DNA of 32,000 bases from Candidatus Hadarchaeales archaeon (GTDB lineage Archaea > Hadarchaeota > Hadarchaeia > Hadarchaeales > Hadarchaeaceae), in NCBI GenBank assembly GCA_038823825.1, contig JAWBCC010000001.1:180001-212000 (forward strand), written 5' to 3'. The position numbers were made by a program, and so were the translations under genes. Shown one piece after another: positions 17,652 to 28,167 of the stretch (position 1 is the stretch's first letter; each line of letters starts with the position of its first letter). The notes below the pieces were generated by a model, which was not told the origin of the DNA, ran no database searches, and saw only the letters and a program-made list of their open reading frames with translations.

Positions 17652-18049
17652 TCGCTTTCCTCCTCGAGAATTTCTCTCAGCGGTCTCCCGACATCTGGAT
17701 CAATTCTATAATACATCCTACTTTTTGGAAGTCTTTTGATTTCCTTTGTTTTCAGCGCTAGAACGGGGGTTCTTCGGAACCCAAAACAAACAATGGCTTC
17801 CGCTTCCATCTCCTTCGCTTTCTTCTCAAGCATACGGATCTCATCCTTAGCCACGTAAATCGGTACCAACCTAGAAGTTTTTTTACAGCTCACCAAATAT
17901 CTCAGTTTTCCTTTTTTGTAGATCTTCAGATCGATTCCGAGAGAGCTTCCGGCTCTATCCCATTCAAATCCAAACTCTTCGAAGAGATATGCCACCCGAT
18001 ATTCAAAATTCGTCCCTCTCTTTTTCTGCGAGACCACGGCAGTCCCCAA
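17648..18049 (-). CDS. Holliday junction resolvase Hjc-like nuclease (variant active site)
   Basis: RGTNFEYRVAYLFEEFGFEWDRAGSSLGIDLKIYKKGKLRYLVSCKKTSRLVPIYVAKDEIRML matches Hjc architecture. The expected E-x-K motif reads S-C-K. Confidence 0.6.
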   Translation of the reverse strand: MGTAVVSQKKRGTNFEYRVAYLFEEFGFEWDRAGSSLGIDLKIYKKGKLRYLVSCKKTSRLVPIYVAKDEIRMLEKKAKEMEAEAIVCFGFRRTPVLALKTKEIKRLPKSRMYYRIDPDVGRPLREILEEESD

Positions 18050-18090
18050 GCTTTATTTTTGTGGCTGAAGAATTAAAAATACGAAAATCG

Positions 18091-18561
18091 ATGTCCGAGC
18101 TTCCTAGTCTCGTGATTAGAGAAGCAAAAAAGGAAGATCTCAAGAAGGTTTTTGAGATAGAGCTCAAGTGTTTTCCAGACCCCTACCCTATAGACCTTTT
18201 AAAGAAGCTTCTTTCAACATATCCTGAGACTTTCCTCGTCGCCGAATTCGAAGGGAGGATCGTCGGTTATATAATAGCAGGGATCAGATGGCTCTCTATC
18301 GGCCACATTCTCGCAATCGCTGTAGATCCAGATTACAGAAACAGAGGAATCGGCTCAGCCCTCATGAAAGAGATTTTCCGTCGTTTCCGAAAGCATGGCG
18401 TGACCTTGGTTAGACTTGAAGTGAGGAAAAGCAATGTCACTGCCATCAAATTTTACCGCACTCTAGGTTTCGTCGAAAGGTTCGAGGTCCCGTTCTATTA
18501 CGCTGACGGGGAAAGCGCAATCACCATGGAGCGCGATCTTTCCCCAACCCCTGCTTCTTGA
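18091..18561 (+). CDS. rimI: Ribosomal protein alanine N-acetyltransferase-like GNAT (RimI/Ard1-like)
   Basis: Start reassigned to [98 protein letters not shown]. Confidence 0.85.
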   Translation: MSELPSLVIREAKKEDLKKVFEIELKCFPDPYPIDLLKKLLSTYPETFLVAEFEGRIVGYIIAGIRWLSIGHILAIAVDPDYRNRGIGSALMKEIFRRFRKHGVTLVRLEVRKSNVTAIKFYRTLGFVERFEVPFYYADGESAITMERDLSPTPAS

Positions 18562-19723
18562 AATCCTCCAGTGTAAGGATCTCGACATTCGCCGGAGGTT
18601 TAGAAACAGTTGATGTAAGCCCCACGATATGCTTTATGCCTTTTGCGGCTGCCAGGTCTGTCATCTCCTGCGTGATTATGCCGTCGAAAACCACTGCCAT
18701 CACACCACTTGAGTTCTTTATCTCCTCTTTGATATTCGCAACAGGTACTTCTTTGATGGGCTCCAGACCGTAGTTGAAGAGAACCCCCTGCAAAGTTCCC
18801 CTAAGTCTGTTCATAGTGTCCATAAGTTTCTGGAGAATGTCTTTTTTCGGGGGAAGAATCTTGTGAATGATCGCCGAAACCGGTTTCTTATCCTTAAGCG
18901 CCTTGATGATTTCTTTTCTTGTAAGTTCTTCGACGCTTCTTCCCGGCGGTGGCCTAGCAACATAATCAACCCTTGCAACCTGTAAAAGTTCGCGCAGGAT
19001 TAGATCGCCTCCTCTATCGCTGTCAACAAAAGCCGTAACGGTCTTGTTCTTTGTGAGTTCGACAATTTCCGGCGGTACGCTAGTTCCGTTAACGGCTATG
19101 ACATTCCTTATCCCAGCTCTGAGCAGGTTGAGAACATCCGCTCTGCCCTCAACAATGATTATGGCATCCGAGGTCTCGACCTCTGGTCCGGCCGGCAACC
19201 CACGGTATTCAACTATTTCTCCGGTTTTGATCGTATCCTTCACATGCTCGGTTATCTCCTGTGCTTCTGGAAGCTCCTCCTCGAGCTTCTTCAGAATTTC
19301 CTTCGCCCTATCCAGAATGTACTTTCTTTTTGTGTCTCTCACATCTTGGATTTTTTCAACCTTTATCTTGGCCTCGCAAGGTCCAATTCTTTCAATAGTC
19401 TCTAACGCAGCCGCTATGATTGCGGTTTCATACCTATCCAAGCTCGAAGGAATCATTATAGTTCCTTTCGTCTTCCCCCCTTCAGTCTGCAGATCAACTT
19501 TAATTCTCCCAATTCTCCCAGTTTTTAAAAGCTCCCGGAGATCGAGTTCATCTCCCAACAGCCCTTCAGTCTGCCCAAAGACAGCTCCGACAACATCTGG
19601 TCTATCCACTACCCCATTCGCTTCCAGCGATGCATAAATCATATATTTCACGGTTGGGATGAGACTCTCTTCTTTCACTTCCCTAACTTCCGCTGAGTTT
19701 TGCTTCTCGTTCACACGATGCAC
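18521..19723 (-). CDS. dnaG: Archaeal DnaG-like primase (Toprim domain)
   Basis: [98 protein letters not shown]. Confidence 0.95.
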   Translation of the reverse strand: MHRVNEKQNSAEVREVKEESLIPTVKYMIYASLEANGVVDRPDVVGAVFGQTEGLLGDELDLRELLKTGRIGRIKVDLQTEGGKTKGTIMIPSSLDRYETAIIAAALETIERIGPCEAKIKVEKIQDVRDTKRKYILDRAKEILKKLEEELPEAQEITEHVKDTIKTGEIVEYRGLPAGPEVETSDAIIIVEGRADVLNLLRAGIRNVIAVNGTSVPPEIVELTKNKTVTAFVDSDRGGDLILRELLQVARVDYVARPPPGRSVEELTRKEIIKALKDKKPVSAIIHKILPPKKDILQKLMDTMNRLRGTLQGVLFNYGLEPIKEVPVANIKEEIKNSSGVMAVVFDGIITQEMTDLAAAKGIKHIVGLTSTVSKPPANVEILTLEDFKKQGLGKDRAPW

Positions 19724-19846
19724 CTTCTTTTACAGCCAGAAGTGAGTGAGCTTGATATCTGGCTTTCTAAGTATAGTAGAACTCTCGAACTTTTAAAAGG
19801 TACGGTTTGCTTACCGGACATCCTGTTTGCAAAAGCTACCAGAGAC

Positions 19847-20485
19847 TCAAATTTTTAAAACTTTTTCTTTTCTTCTGCGCAAGATGTAAGCCGGAATATC
19901 CCAAATCATCCTTGCCTTTTCGATGACCACACGATCGCTGCTCGCTGTAACCTCTGCTCTCGCCACTTTACTGTCGACCCCTTTCTCCGCTCTAGCCTCT
20001 CCACGAATTCCACTTTCTTCCAGCCTTTCTTTCACGAAACGTGCTAACTCACCACTTCTGCTCACTTGGGCGTCAAAGAGTACGGTTACCCTCTTAGGTT
20101 TAGTTTTTGAAATCGCTTTGACGATTTCATCCACTGCTTCTGCACTCTTCTCACCAAATCGATACTTTCCGAAAACCCCTCTGAGATCTCTAACAATTCC
20201 ATCCTCACACATTATCACAGGTTCACCTCTCAGAATAGCTTCTACTGTTATTAGCACATTGTATCCATCGACAGCTAGCCATCTTTTCCTTACTTCCCTG
20301 ATCCCGACGATCTTCTCCCTATGTTTCCTCGCCTCCTCCTTGGAAAAAACACACCTAGCCAAAAGGTGTCTTTCCCATTCATTTAACCTGAAATGATTTG
20401 CTACAAACGTGACCGCGGATTCTCTCCGGTAGCCCCTGTCAAGCAGATATCTCAAATCCCTGGCAGCTTCGACCAGCTTCTCCAT
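19847..20485 (-). CDS. DUF434-type domain protein
   Basis: LRYLLDRGYRRESAVTFVANHFRLNEWERHLLARCVFS, then AVDGYNVLITVEAILRGEPVIMCEDGIVRDLRGVFGKYRFGEKSAEAVDEIV. This is the pattern of conserved archaeal DUF434 proteins. Confidence 0.7.
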   Translation of the reverse strand: MEKLVEAARDLRYLLDRGYRRESAVTFVANHFRLNEWERHLLARCVFSKEEARKHREKIVGIREVRKRWLAVDGYNVLITVEAILRGEPVIMCEDGIVRDLRGVFGKYRFGEKSAEAVDEIVKAISKTKPKRVTVLFDAQVSRSGELARFVKERLEESGIRGEARAEKGVDSKVARAEVTASSDRVVIEKARMIWDIPAYILRRRKEKVLKI

Positions 20486-20490
20486 TCTTT

Positions 20491-23358
20491 TTACTCCACG
20501 TATACAGCCGGTCTCAGGGGCAGACTCCTCTTCGCCCTCCCGGCTGGATCATACTTCTCCTCATCGCTTTCCCTGAAAACACGAACTTCTCTTGCTCCGA
20601 CCTGACCCGCGATGTATCTGATGGCATCACTCAGGATATCAAATTCGTTAACTCCTTTCCTAATAGCTTCTATCTCTTCTGGAGAAGCCTTTCTCACCTC
20701 TGCGATCATCGTCTGCAAAATCTTCGCCAGCTCTTTTTCGGTCATATCTTCTGCAAATCTCCTCGCCTCTGTCAGAAGAGCGTCAAAGTCTATCTTCCCT
20801 TTTTTCATCTGTTCTAGAGCCATCCTGCAGACTTTCCATTTCCATTCCTCCGCTACGTAAATGCAAACGATATCCGGCGTTTCTTTTCCGATGACTTTCT
20901 TGATCTCTGAGATGTCCTCAACGATCTCGTCAACGAAAGCTTCGGCAAACTCAACCTCAAGGTTTCTCACTTCCACACTCGGCCAATTTGCAAGAGAGAC
21001 AAACCCATCCTTACCCATCATTTTCCATATCTCCTCACAGACGTGCGGAATGAATGGTGCGAGCATTCTAATCCAGACATCCAGAACATCCCTAAGCACC
21101 TTGCCCTTAGCAGAACTTGTAGATCTTTCCAGATATCTTCTCACATCCTGCATCATCATGTAAAACGCATGCTGTGCGGCTTTCCTCGTTTCAAAAGCCT
21201 CAAGTGCGGCAGTCGTTTCTCCAAGATGGAAGTTCATCCTGCTCAAAATCCATTGCTCTGCTCGTCCGGTTTCTCCATCCTCCACAGGGATTGAAAGAAT
21301 CTCATCTACAAGTGACGCAAATCTTCTGAGATTAGAATGTGTCGCCTTCACCTCTTCGCTTCTCCAGTCTAAATCCTGCCAAGGCTCCGCCACCGCCAGC
21401 AGGTGAAGTCTCACAGTGTCCGCTCCGAATTCCTTCACGGCCTCAGATATCGCCACTATGTTCCCCTTAGAAGAAGACATTTTCTGACCCTCGAGTATAA
21501 CCATTCCAAAGCTTACGATTCCTCTCGGACAAGCATCGGGGAAGAGCAGTGCGTGGTGAAATATGTGAAAGGTAAGATGGTTTGGTATAAGCTCATCTGC
21601 CGACATTCTGTAGTCGAGAGGATACCAGTATGTAAACTCCTTCCTCATCTTCTCTAACTTTTCCCTTTCAATCCCGCTCTTTCTTGCGATTTCCGTTATG
21701 TCACCTTTTCCGTAAAATACGTAGTCAAAAACCTCATCATTGAGTTTCTCTGCATCTATTGTTTTGAGTATGTGTGAGATTGTGTAATATGCCATATATA
21801 TCGTTGAATCACTCAGGGATTCTATTATCCAGCTAGGATCCCACGGGGCCGGAGTTCCCATTCCAATCTTCCTAGTGCAAGGCCACTCCTTCAGCCACTC
21901 AATCGTATATTCAAACTGTGTTCTCGTCTCCGGCGGGACGAGATGCATCATGGAGAGACATTTCCTCGCCATTTTTTTCCAATCTTCTCGCCCATAATCA
22001 ATGAACCACTGATCTTCAACGATTTTTATGGTGACTCCGGTTCCACATCTGCAGGTGACGGGCTTCTCCGCGAATTCATACATAATCGCTCCATCTCCAG
22101 ACTTTATCAAATCCTCTTTGACCGCGACTTTGGCCTCTGAGACCTTCATCCCTCCGTATTTTGGAATCCAGCTTCTCATAGTTCCCTTAAGAAATTCCGC
22201 TCGGTAGACCTCCTTCGTAGCCTCCTCCAGTCTTGGGTCAGTTTGATCCGAGATTCCCATTTTTCGCACGACATCGACAGCCGGAAACTCCCCATAACCC
22301 TCCACCTCAATCAGACCAATTGGTGAAAGCTTCTCAACCAAGTCTTTGCCGATACCCCATCTCGAGAGATCGGATGATTTCAAGTTTTCCAAGGCAACGT
22401 AATCGTAAGGCGCATGTGCAGGAACGGACCCGACCACTCCTGTGACGTTATCCGGATCAACGAACGTTGCTGGTAGTATCGGCACTTTTTTCTTTGTGAT
22501 AGGCACTTCTACCAGAGCCCCGAATTTGATCTCGAATGGTTCTAGCTCCCCTACTCTGTATCCCTGCATCCTCAGCTTATCGACGGCTTGTTTACTTACC
22601 ACCCACTTCTCATCATCAACGGAAACCACCACATATTCGCTGTTTGGATTCAGCCAAATGTTTGTCAACCCAAAAAGAGTCTCAGGTCTGAGTGTTGCAG
22701 CTGGGAAAACTAGGTCTCCCATTCTGTACTTTATGATCGTGAACTCTAGCACCTCCACACCTTCTCCCTCTAGCAGGTCATGATCTGTAACGGGGTTTCC
22801 GCAGTTCGTACACCATCTAACAGGATGTCTGCCCTTCACAATCAGTCCGGCATCCCAGAGTTTGTGGTACTGCCACGTCACAAACTTCTTGTAGTGCGGA
22901 TCTATCGTTCTGAATTCTCTCCTCCAATCAATCGAATACCCAAGCTTCTCCATACCTTTTCTGTAACTCATTTCACTCTCCTTCGCGAAGAAGTTCCCGT
23001 AGAACTCCGGATTTTCAAACTTTGGAAGCATTTCCCTTGGCACCCCATATCTCTCGGTCAGGACCCTCACGAGTGTTGGGTCTCTCCTTGCAACTCTCCT
23101 CGCAGCCCCCACAATTGGAGTCCCTGTGAAGTGATACGCCATGGGAAAGAGAACGTTATATCCGCGCATTCTCTTGTAGCGTGCAATGACGTCGGGAACG
23201 GTGTAAGTCCTACCGTGTCCGATGTGCATGGGACCGGAGACGTAAGGATATGCAACAGTCAAGTAAAACTTGGGCCTCTCATCTGGCTCTGCTTCAAATA
23301 TCTTTCTCTCTTCCCAGATCTTCTGCCATTCTTCGCAAATTTCCCTGAAATCGCGCAT
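20491..23358 (-). CDS. leuS: Leucyl-tRNA synthetase (archaeal/eukaryotic type)
   Basis: YVSGPMHIGHGRTYTVPDVIARYKRMRG (HIGH), CTRKIGMGTPAPWDPSWIIESLSDSTIYMAYYTI, GQKMSSSKGN (KMSKS-type). Confidence 0.96.
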   Translation of the reverse strand: MRDFREICEEWQKIWEERKIFEAEPDERPKFYLTVAYPYVSGPMHIGHGRTYTVPDVIARYKRMRGYNVLFPMAYHFTGTPIVGAARRVARRDPTLVRVLTERYGVPREMLPKFENPEFYGNFFAKESEMSYRKGMEKLGYSIDWRREFRTIDPHYKKFVTWQYHKLWDAGLIVKGRHPVRWCTNCGNPVTDHDLLEGEGVEVLEFTIIKYRMGDLVFPAATLRPETLFGLTNIWLNPNSEYVVVSVDDEKWVVSKQAVDKLRMQGYRVGELEPFEIKFGALVEVPITKKKVPILPATFVDPDNVTGVVGSVPAHAPYDYVALENLKSSDLSRWGIGKDLVEKLSPIGLIEVEGYGEFPAVDVVRKMGISDQTDPRLEEATKEVYRAEFLKGTMRSWIPKYGGMKVSEAKVAVKEDLIKSGDGAIMYEFAEKPVTCRCGTGVTIKIVEDQWFIDYGREDWKKMARKCLSMMHLVPPETRTQFEYTIEWLKEWPCTRKIGMGTPAPWDPSWIIESLSDSTIYMAYYTISHILKTIDAEKLNDEVFDYVFYGKGDITEIARKSGIEREKLEKMRKEFTYWYPLDYRMSADELIPNHLTFHIFHHALLFPDACPRGIVSFGMVILEGQKMSSSKGNIVAISEAVKEFGADTVRLHLLAVAEPWQDLDWRSEEVKATHSNLRRFASLVDEILSIPVEDGETGRAEQWILSRMNFHLGETTAALEAFETRKAAQHAFYMMMQDVRRYLERSTSSAKGKVLRDVLDVWIRMLAPFIPHVCEEIWKMMGKDGFVSLANWPSVEVRNLEVEFAEAFVDEIVEDISEIKKVIGKETPDIVCIYVAEEWKWKVCRMALEQMKKGKIDFDALLTEARRFAEDMTEKELAKILQTMIAEVRKASPEEIEAIRKGVNEFDILSDAIRYIAGQVGAREVRVFRESDEEKYDPAGRAKRSLPLRPAVYVE

Positions 23359-23393
23359 CTAAAAACCTCCATCATCCAGCTTTTTAATTCGTT

Positions 23394-26114
23394 CTAGATG
23401 GCGGAGATCTCTGAAACTGCCATTTCGAGAGCCTCATCCAGTTTTTCAATCTTAGTTCCACCTCCTTGGGCGAAATCTTTTCTTCCGCCCCCACCGCCGA
23501 TCACCGCCGAGATTTTGCTCATAATTTTTCCACAATCAACGCCTTTCTCAACAGCTCCTCTTCCAGCCATCATGACAATTTTGGCGGAACCCTCCGCCGC
23601 ACTCCCGAGCACGACTACCGCGTTCTCATTCTCCTTTACGATTTTTTCGCAGGTCTTAATCAGTTCCCCGACCCCCACGTCATCAACTCTCGCTTTGAAA
23701 ACGCTCAACTCTCCGATTCTAACACATCTTGACTTAAGCCAATCGGCAAGCATATTCCCAATCTTTTCCTCCATTCTCTGAATTTTCTTCCTCAGTTCCT
23801 TAACCTCTCCAAAGAGTTTTTCCACAGCTTCAGAAACATTTTCCTTGTGTGCGCCTAGCAACTCCGAGATTTTTGAGATTTCGTTTTCCCTTTCTCTGAT
23901 TATCTTGAGAGCGGCTTCTCCAGCAGCGAACTCCAATCTCTCGATCCCATCCTGAATACGTTCAACTCCAAGTATCTTTAGAAGACCAACTTCTCCTGTG
24001 CTCTCACAGTGTGTTCCGGCGCATGCTTGAACGTTCCATCCCTCGATTTCCACGACCCTAAGTTTTTTCCCGGGAACCACACCTCCTTGATAAAGCTCGA
24101 ATCCATATTTGCTCTCGGCATCATTTCTATTCATCCAGCTGGCGATAACTCTTCTGTTTTCAAAAATCACATCATTGCAGAGTTTTTCGATTTTCTCAAT
24201 CTCCTCCGGCGTGATCCGCCTGAAATGTGAGATGTCAAGCCTAGATCTGTCCGTACCCTTCTGCGCCCCCTGTTGCCAGACGTGCTCTCCAAGCACTCTC
24301 TTCAGGGCCCCGAGCAATATGTGCGTCGCTGTGTGATGGATCATCAGAGATTTTCTCCTCTGCCAATTGATCCTACCAATGACTGCTTCTCCGGCTCTGA
24401 AATTGGGGGGTTCAACTCTGTGTAGCACAATTTCTCCGACTTTTACGACTTCTTTCACCCTCGCCTCGGTTTTCTTTCCAATCAACTCTCCCATATCCGA
24501 CGGTTGTCCGCCTCCTTCGGGATAAAAAGCGGTTCTGTCGAGCACAACGTATTCTCCAATGACCTTCCTCACCCTAGCTCGAAACTCGGAAATCTTTGGA
24601 TGATCGTAGAAAATAAGCTTTGTCGGCTTCAGTCCTTTTAGCTCAGATTTATCGACTGGAGAAACGCTTGTAGGAACATGTCTAGCCTTAGAATGAGCCT
24701 TAGCAACCTTTATATAGAAATCCTCAGGTACCTCGACCTTTACACCAGCTTTCTCGGCGATCTCCTTGACATTCTCCGGCGGCAATCCATGACTATCGTA
24801 AAGCATTATCAACTGTTCTTCGGTCAAAACCCTCTCTTTCATCTCCACGAGCATTCTTTCGAGTAGTTTCACACCTTTCTCCAGAGATTCCATATACTTC
24901 TTTTCCTCAACCTCCACAACCTGCAAGATGTAATTTCTTTTTTCCCAAATTTCCGGGAACCATGGTGCCAACTCTGATATCATGATGTCCACGAGCTCCG
25001 AGAGGGGGGCAGTGATTCCCAATCCCCTAACCATTCTTATCGTCCTTCTGAGAACGAGTCTGGCCAAATATCCCTCCCTAACATTGCTCGGAGTTATTCC
25101 ATCGGCGAACATGAAACACAGGCATCTGAGATGATCAGCGACAGCGTAAATAGATTCAATTGGCTCAAGTATTCTCTGCAACTCCCCCTCATCGATCCCG
25201 ATTCGTTCTGCAACCTTTGCTCTGAGCGTGCGCAGATCTCTTCCGCTCTCTATGTCGATGATTCCGGCCATCTTCGAATTCTCTCGCAAAATGTGTTCAG
25301 GAGGCATCTTGACGCCAGCCATTTGTCTTATCCTTTCCACCAACTCGCCAAAAATGGCGTCATACCCAGTTGGAGTCCCCTGAGAAATCCAAACAAGCCT
25401 TTCCATTCCGTAACCTGTATCCACAACCTTTATCGGTAGCTTTCTATAATTTCCAGCTTCTCCAGCATACCTCATGAAAACAAGTGTGGCAACCTCTAAG
25501 CCTCTGACGTTAACCTCAAAGTCTTCTCCGGCGTTTCCACCACCCTCCCAGAAACTCTCTATATATGTGATTTCCTCCGGTTTGATTCGCAGACTCCTCG
25601 TTAGGAATTCGTGGCAGAATTCTACAGTTTCATGGTTCCAGTAAATCTCTTTCTTGGGATAGTTGAATGCGTGATGTCCACCCATAAAAAAGAGCGTGAA
25701 ATGTCTTCCAGATCTGCCTACATTGTCTATATCCTTTAATCTTATGCTCGGCTGGCTTATCACGAGAGGATTCGCTGGTGGTGGTACAAGTCCGCTCGTC
25801 ACCCAAGGCTGGAACCCGGCTATTGAAGCGATAGTTAAAAAGATGTCGTCCCTCCATCTAGCGACAACGGGATACCTTTTTACAACTGAATGCCCGCGCT
25901 TCTCGAAGAATTTAAGAAAAACCTCCTCCATCTCGTGCAACGTGTAGCGCCTTTTTGTCGGTGGATCTCCGATAAACGAGTACTCCACGCAAGGCGTATC
26001 TCCGCAGGTCTCTCTGGCCGGATCAAGCGTCCAGAAGAACCTTCCACATCCGCTGCACTTTTTTCTCACGAAGCCCTCTTCTCTGAAAAGCCTGACATTG
26101 TAAATTTCCTGCAT
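23394..26114 (-). CDS. alaS: Alanyl-tRNA synthetase (archaeal type)
   Basis: FFEKRGHSVVKRYPVVARWRDDIFLTIASIAGFQPWV, TAFYPEGGGQPSDMG, HTATHILLGALKRVLGEHVWQQGAQKG, CAGTHC, DHHA1-type GGGGGRKDFAQGGG. Confidence 0.96.
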   Translation of the reverse strand: MQEIYNVRLFREEGFVRKKCSGCGRFFWTLDPARETCGDTPCVEYSFIGDPPTKRRYTLHEMEEVFLKFFEKRGHSVVKRYPVVARWRDDIFLTIASIAGFQPWVTSGLVPPPANPLVISQPSIRLKDIDNVGRSGRHFTLFFMGGHHAFNYPKKEIYWNHETVEFCHEFLTRSLRIKPEEITYIESFWEGGGNAGEDFEVNVRGLEVATLVFMRYAGEAGNYRKLPIKVVDTGYGMERLVWISQGTPTGYDAIFGELVERIRQMAGVKMPPEHILRENSKMAGIIDIESGRDLRTLRAKVAERIGIDEGELQRILEPIESIYAVADHLRCLCFMFADGITPSNVREGYLARLVLRRTIRMVRGLGITAPLSELVDIMISELAPWFPEIWEKRNYILQVVEVEEKKYMESLEKGVKLLERMLVEMKERVLTEEQLIMLYDSHGLPPENVKEIAEKAGVKVEVPEDFYIKVAKAHSKARHVPTSVSPVDKSELKGLKPTKLIFYDHPKISEFRARVRKVIGEYVVLDRTAFYPEGGGQPSDMGELIGKKTEARVKEVVKVGEIVLHRVEPPNFRAGEAVIGRINWQRRKSLMIHHTATHILLGALKRVLGEHVWQQGAQKGTDRSRLDISHFRRITPEEIEKIEKLCNDVIFENRRVIASWMNRNDAESKYGFELYQGGVVPGKKLRVVEIEGWNVQACAGTHCESTGEVGLLKILGVERIQDGIERLEFAAGEAALKIIRERENEISKISELLGAHKENVSEAVEKLFGEVKELRKKIQRMEEKIGNMLADWLKSRCVRIGELSVFKARVDDVGVGELIKTCEKIVKENENAVVVLGSAAEGSAKIVMMAGRGAVEKGVDCGKIMSKISAVIGGGGGRKDFAQGGGTKIEKLDEALEMAVSEISAI

Positions 26115-26180
26115 ACTTTAGCCCATACTAACTAATCGTGGGAATTAAAACGCTTGATTTTTCGGGCGTCATGGAATTTT

Positions 26181-26504
26181 TCATCCAAAGAGCGCCCCAA
26201 GTCCTGCTAGAGCTTCTTCCTCTTTTTTCTCCTCTTTCTTTTCTTCTACTTTCTTCTCCTCAGCCTTTGAAGGCGCGGCTGGTGCGGCCGGAGCCGCAGG
26301 AACAGCCGGAATGGTCGCGCTCTTTATGGCCTCATCTATGTTTACGTTTTTGAGCGCGGAAACGAGCGCTCTAACCCGCGCCTCGTCAACCTCAACCCCG
26401 GCAGCTTTCAGTATGTTGATCACTCCCTGCTCGTCTACCTGCTTGCCAGCCGCATGCAGCACCAGCGCAGCATGTATATATTCCATTCCGCTCACCTCCA
26501 TCAC
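26181..26504 (-). CDS. rpl12: Ribosomal protein L12/P1 (archaeal stalk protein)
   Basis: [50 protein letters not shown] and acidic tail ending [14 protein letters not shown]. True start may be the internal Met of MEYIHAAL. Confidence 0.95.
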   Translation of the reverse strand: MMEVSGMEYIHAALVLHAAGKQVDEQGVINILKAAGVEVDEARVRALVSALKNVNIDEAIKSATIPAVPAAPAAPAAPSKAEEKKVEEKKEEKKEEEALAGLGALFG

Positions 26505-27517
26505 CCGAACAGTGCGCTCAGTCCCGATAGTTCTTCCTCTTTCTCCTCTTTAGGTTTTTCTTCAACTTCTTCCTTTTTAGGTTTTTCCTCGACGGGTTTC
26601 ATCTGTTCAACTGAACCGATCAGCTTTCTCAAATCCTCGTCAATAGCTGCTGGTTCGGTTTCTCCTACTCGCCTCGCAACAGCAAGCATCTCCGCATGTG
26701 CAATGTAAAGCAGTTTTGGAAGAACTTCGTCTGCCGGGAATCTGCACGCTACAGCAAGCCCAATCGCTTTCGCATGCGCTTCAGCGATCATTATTCCTAT
26801 GGTTGTTGCGGTCGGATATCCGGAGTTCAGTGAAAGACATACGCCAGCCGCAACGGCATCCTTGACCATTTTTGATACTTTTTCTTCATCAATTTCTAGA
26901 ATTTCGGGCGTGTAGATCAATCCGTCCTCAAAAGCTACTCTAATTTTTAATCCGAGCTCTACGGGCAATATTCCAAACTTCGCCAAGGCATCCGAAATTT
27001 CTTTTGTGATAACATCTCCAGCTTTCAGAAGCTTGCAGTCCTCTGTGATGACAACTCTTCCAGCCTGAATTCTCGCCTTTATCCCGACTCTCTGTAGCTC
27101 CCCCACGACTGGTCCTGGTGGTAGATCGGTTTCCCCAGCCGGGATTATTATATCGGTTGCGGCAATGCTTCCAGGTTTGGCTGGGGCTTTCCGAATGTTT
27201 CTGCGTAAGATAGCGTTTATCTCAAAAGGATTTTGATCGCTCAAAATCAAACAAGTCTGTCCCCTGACGTGATCGCGCAATTTTCTTATTTCTGGTTTGA
27301 CTTCCGATGCCCTGTCCAGAGCGAGCTTGACGAGCGTATTTTTCGCGACTATCAGTTTAGCCTTACCCCGGAAAATCTGCCTTATTTGTTGGAAAAGCTC
27401 AGAGGGAAGGTTCGAGATATCAGCGATCCCTATTACTCTATGACTTATCATAAGGCGCGCCAGATCTTCCACAAGGTCTTTCTTCCACTGCGGAATTCTT
27501 TTTGAAGCGGAAATCAC
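26501..27517 (-). CDS. rplP0: Ribosomal protein L10/P0 (acidic stalk anchor)
   Basis: [53 protein letters not shown]-terminal [13 protein letters not shown] matching P1. Confidence 0.95.
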   Translation of the reverse strand: MISASKRIPQWKKDLVEDLARLMISHRVIGIADISNLPSELFQQIRQIFRGKAKLIVAKNTLVKLALDRASEVKPEIRKLRDHVRGQTCLILSDQNPFEINAILRRNIRKAPAKPGSIAATDIIIPAGETDLPPGPVVGELQRVGIKARIQAGRVVITEDCKLLKAGDVITKEISDALAKFGILPVELGLKIRVAFEDGLIYTPEILEIDEEKVSKMVKDAVAAGVCLSLNSGYPTATTIGIMIAEAHAKAIGLAVACRFPADEVLPKLLYIAHAEMLAVARRVGETEPAAIDEDLRKLIGSVEQMKPVEEKPKKEEVEEKPKEEKEEELSGLSALFG

Positions 27518-28167
27518 TTTACCACCACCTTAACGGGTTTGCCCATCGTTGTTTTAAGATAAATCGCCTTCAGCCTTCCTCCGGCGTCTGAAACTTTCTT
27601 CTCTATTTCCTCTATCACCGCCATCACGTTATCAGCTATCTTCTCATCATCCATGCTCTCATCGCCGACTTTTGTATGGAAGCATAATTGACCTTTATTC
27701 ATTACTCTGATCGTCTTTCGAAGTCTCTCTATCAGCGGCGCGGGGTCGGCCGTGGAAGGGATAGGTCTCGGCATCTTCCCTCTCGGTCCAAGAACCGGTC
27801 CGAGGATCTTGCCTACAAGAACCATGAGGTCGGCCTGAGCAACCGTCATGTCATATTCCTCAACAAGTTTCTTTATTTCCTTCTTCTTACCCTCTAGTCT
27901 TTGAATTTCTTCTTTTCCGACAACCCTGTCCGCACCAGCTTCCCTGGCTCTTCTAGCTAGTTCTCCATCGGCGAAGAAGAGGATTTTCTGTGGTTTTCCA
28001 GGAACATGAGGCAGAGTTACATCTGCTGTTATTCTGCTTTCGGGTTTTTTCGGATTTAGACCTTCGACCGCTATGGAAATATCAAAACTTTGTTTGAACT
28101 TTCTTTCTCCCTTATTCTGCTTCGCCTTTGCTATGGCTTCGAGAATCTCCTTTCTATTGATTGTCAT
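27514..28167 (-). CDS. rpl1: Ribosomal protein L1
   Basis: [54 protein letters not shown]. Confidence 0.96.
   Translation of the reverse strand: MTINRKEILEAIAKAKQNKGERKFKQSFDISIAVEGLNPKKPESRITADVTLPHVPGKPQKILFFADGELARRAREAGADRVVGKEEIQRLEGKKKEIKKLVEEYDMTVAQADLMVLVGKILGPVLGPRGKMPRPIPSTADPAPLIERLRKTIRVMNKGQLCFHTKVGDESMDDEKIADNVMAVIEEIEKKVSDAGGRLKAIYLKTTMGKPVKVVVK

Noticed and set aside
19044-20396. Long plus-strand ORFs (197 aa and 157 aa) opposite dnaG and the DUF434-like gene
   Set aside because: Ser/Thr/Leu-rich translations mirror the coding strand. No domain signature is visible and the opposite strand carries convincing genes.
20612-25947. Numerous plus-strand ORFs (e.g. 22780-23397, 205 aa; 25131-25439) antisense to leuS and alaS
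   Set aside because: They are antisense to confident aminoacyl-tRNA synthetase genes, and their translations show low-complexity Ser/Phe/Leu bias typical of reverse-complement reading.
26220-26330. Low-complexity ctt/ctc-rich tract that could look like a simple repeat array
   Set aside because: It encodes the charged [15 protein letters not shown] hinge of P1. A similar tract in P0 encodes its acidic hinge. This is normal for archaeal stalk proteins.
26138-26353. 71-aa plus-strand ORF opposite the P1 stalk gene
   Set aside because: Its repetitive Leu/Pro content derives from the Ala/Pro/Lys/Glu-rich hinge of P1 on the other strand.
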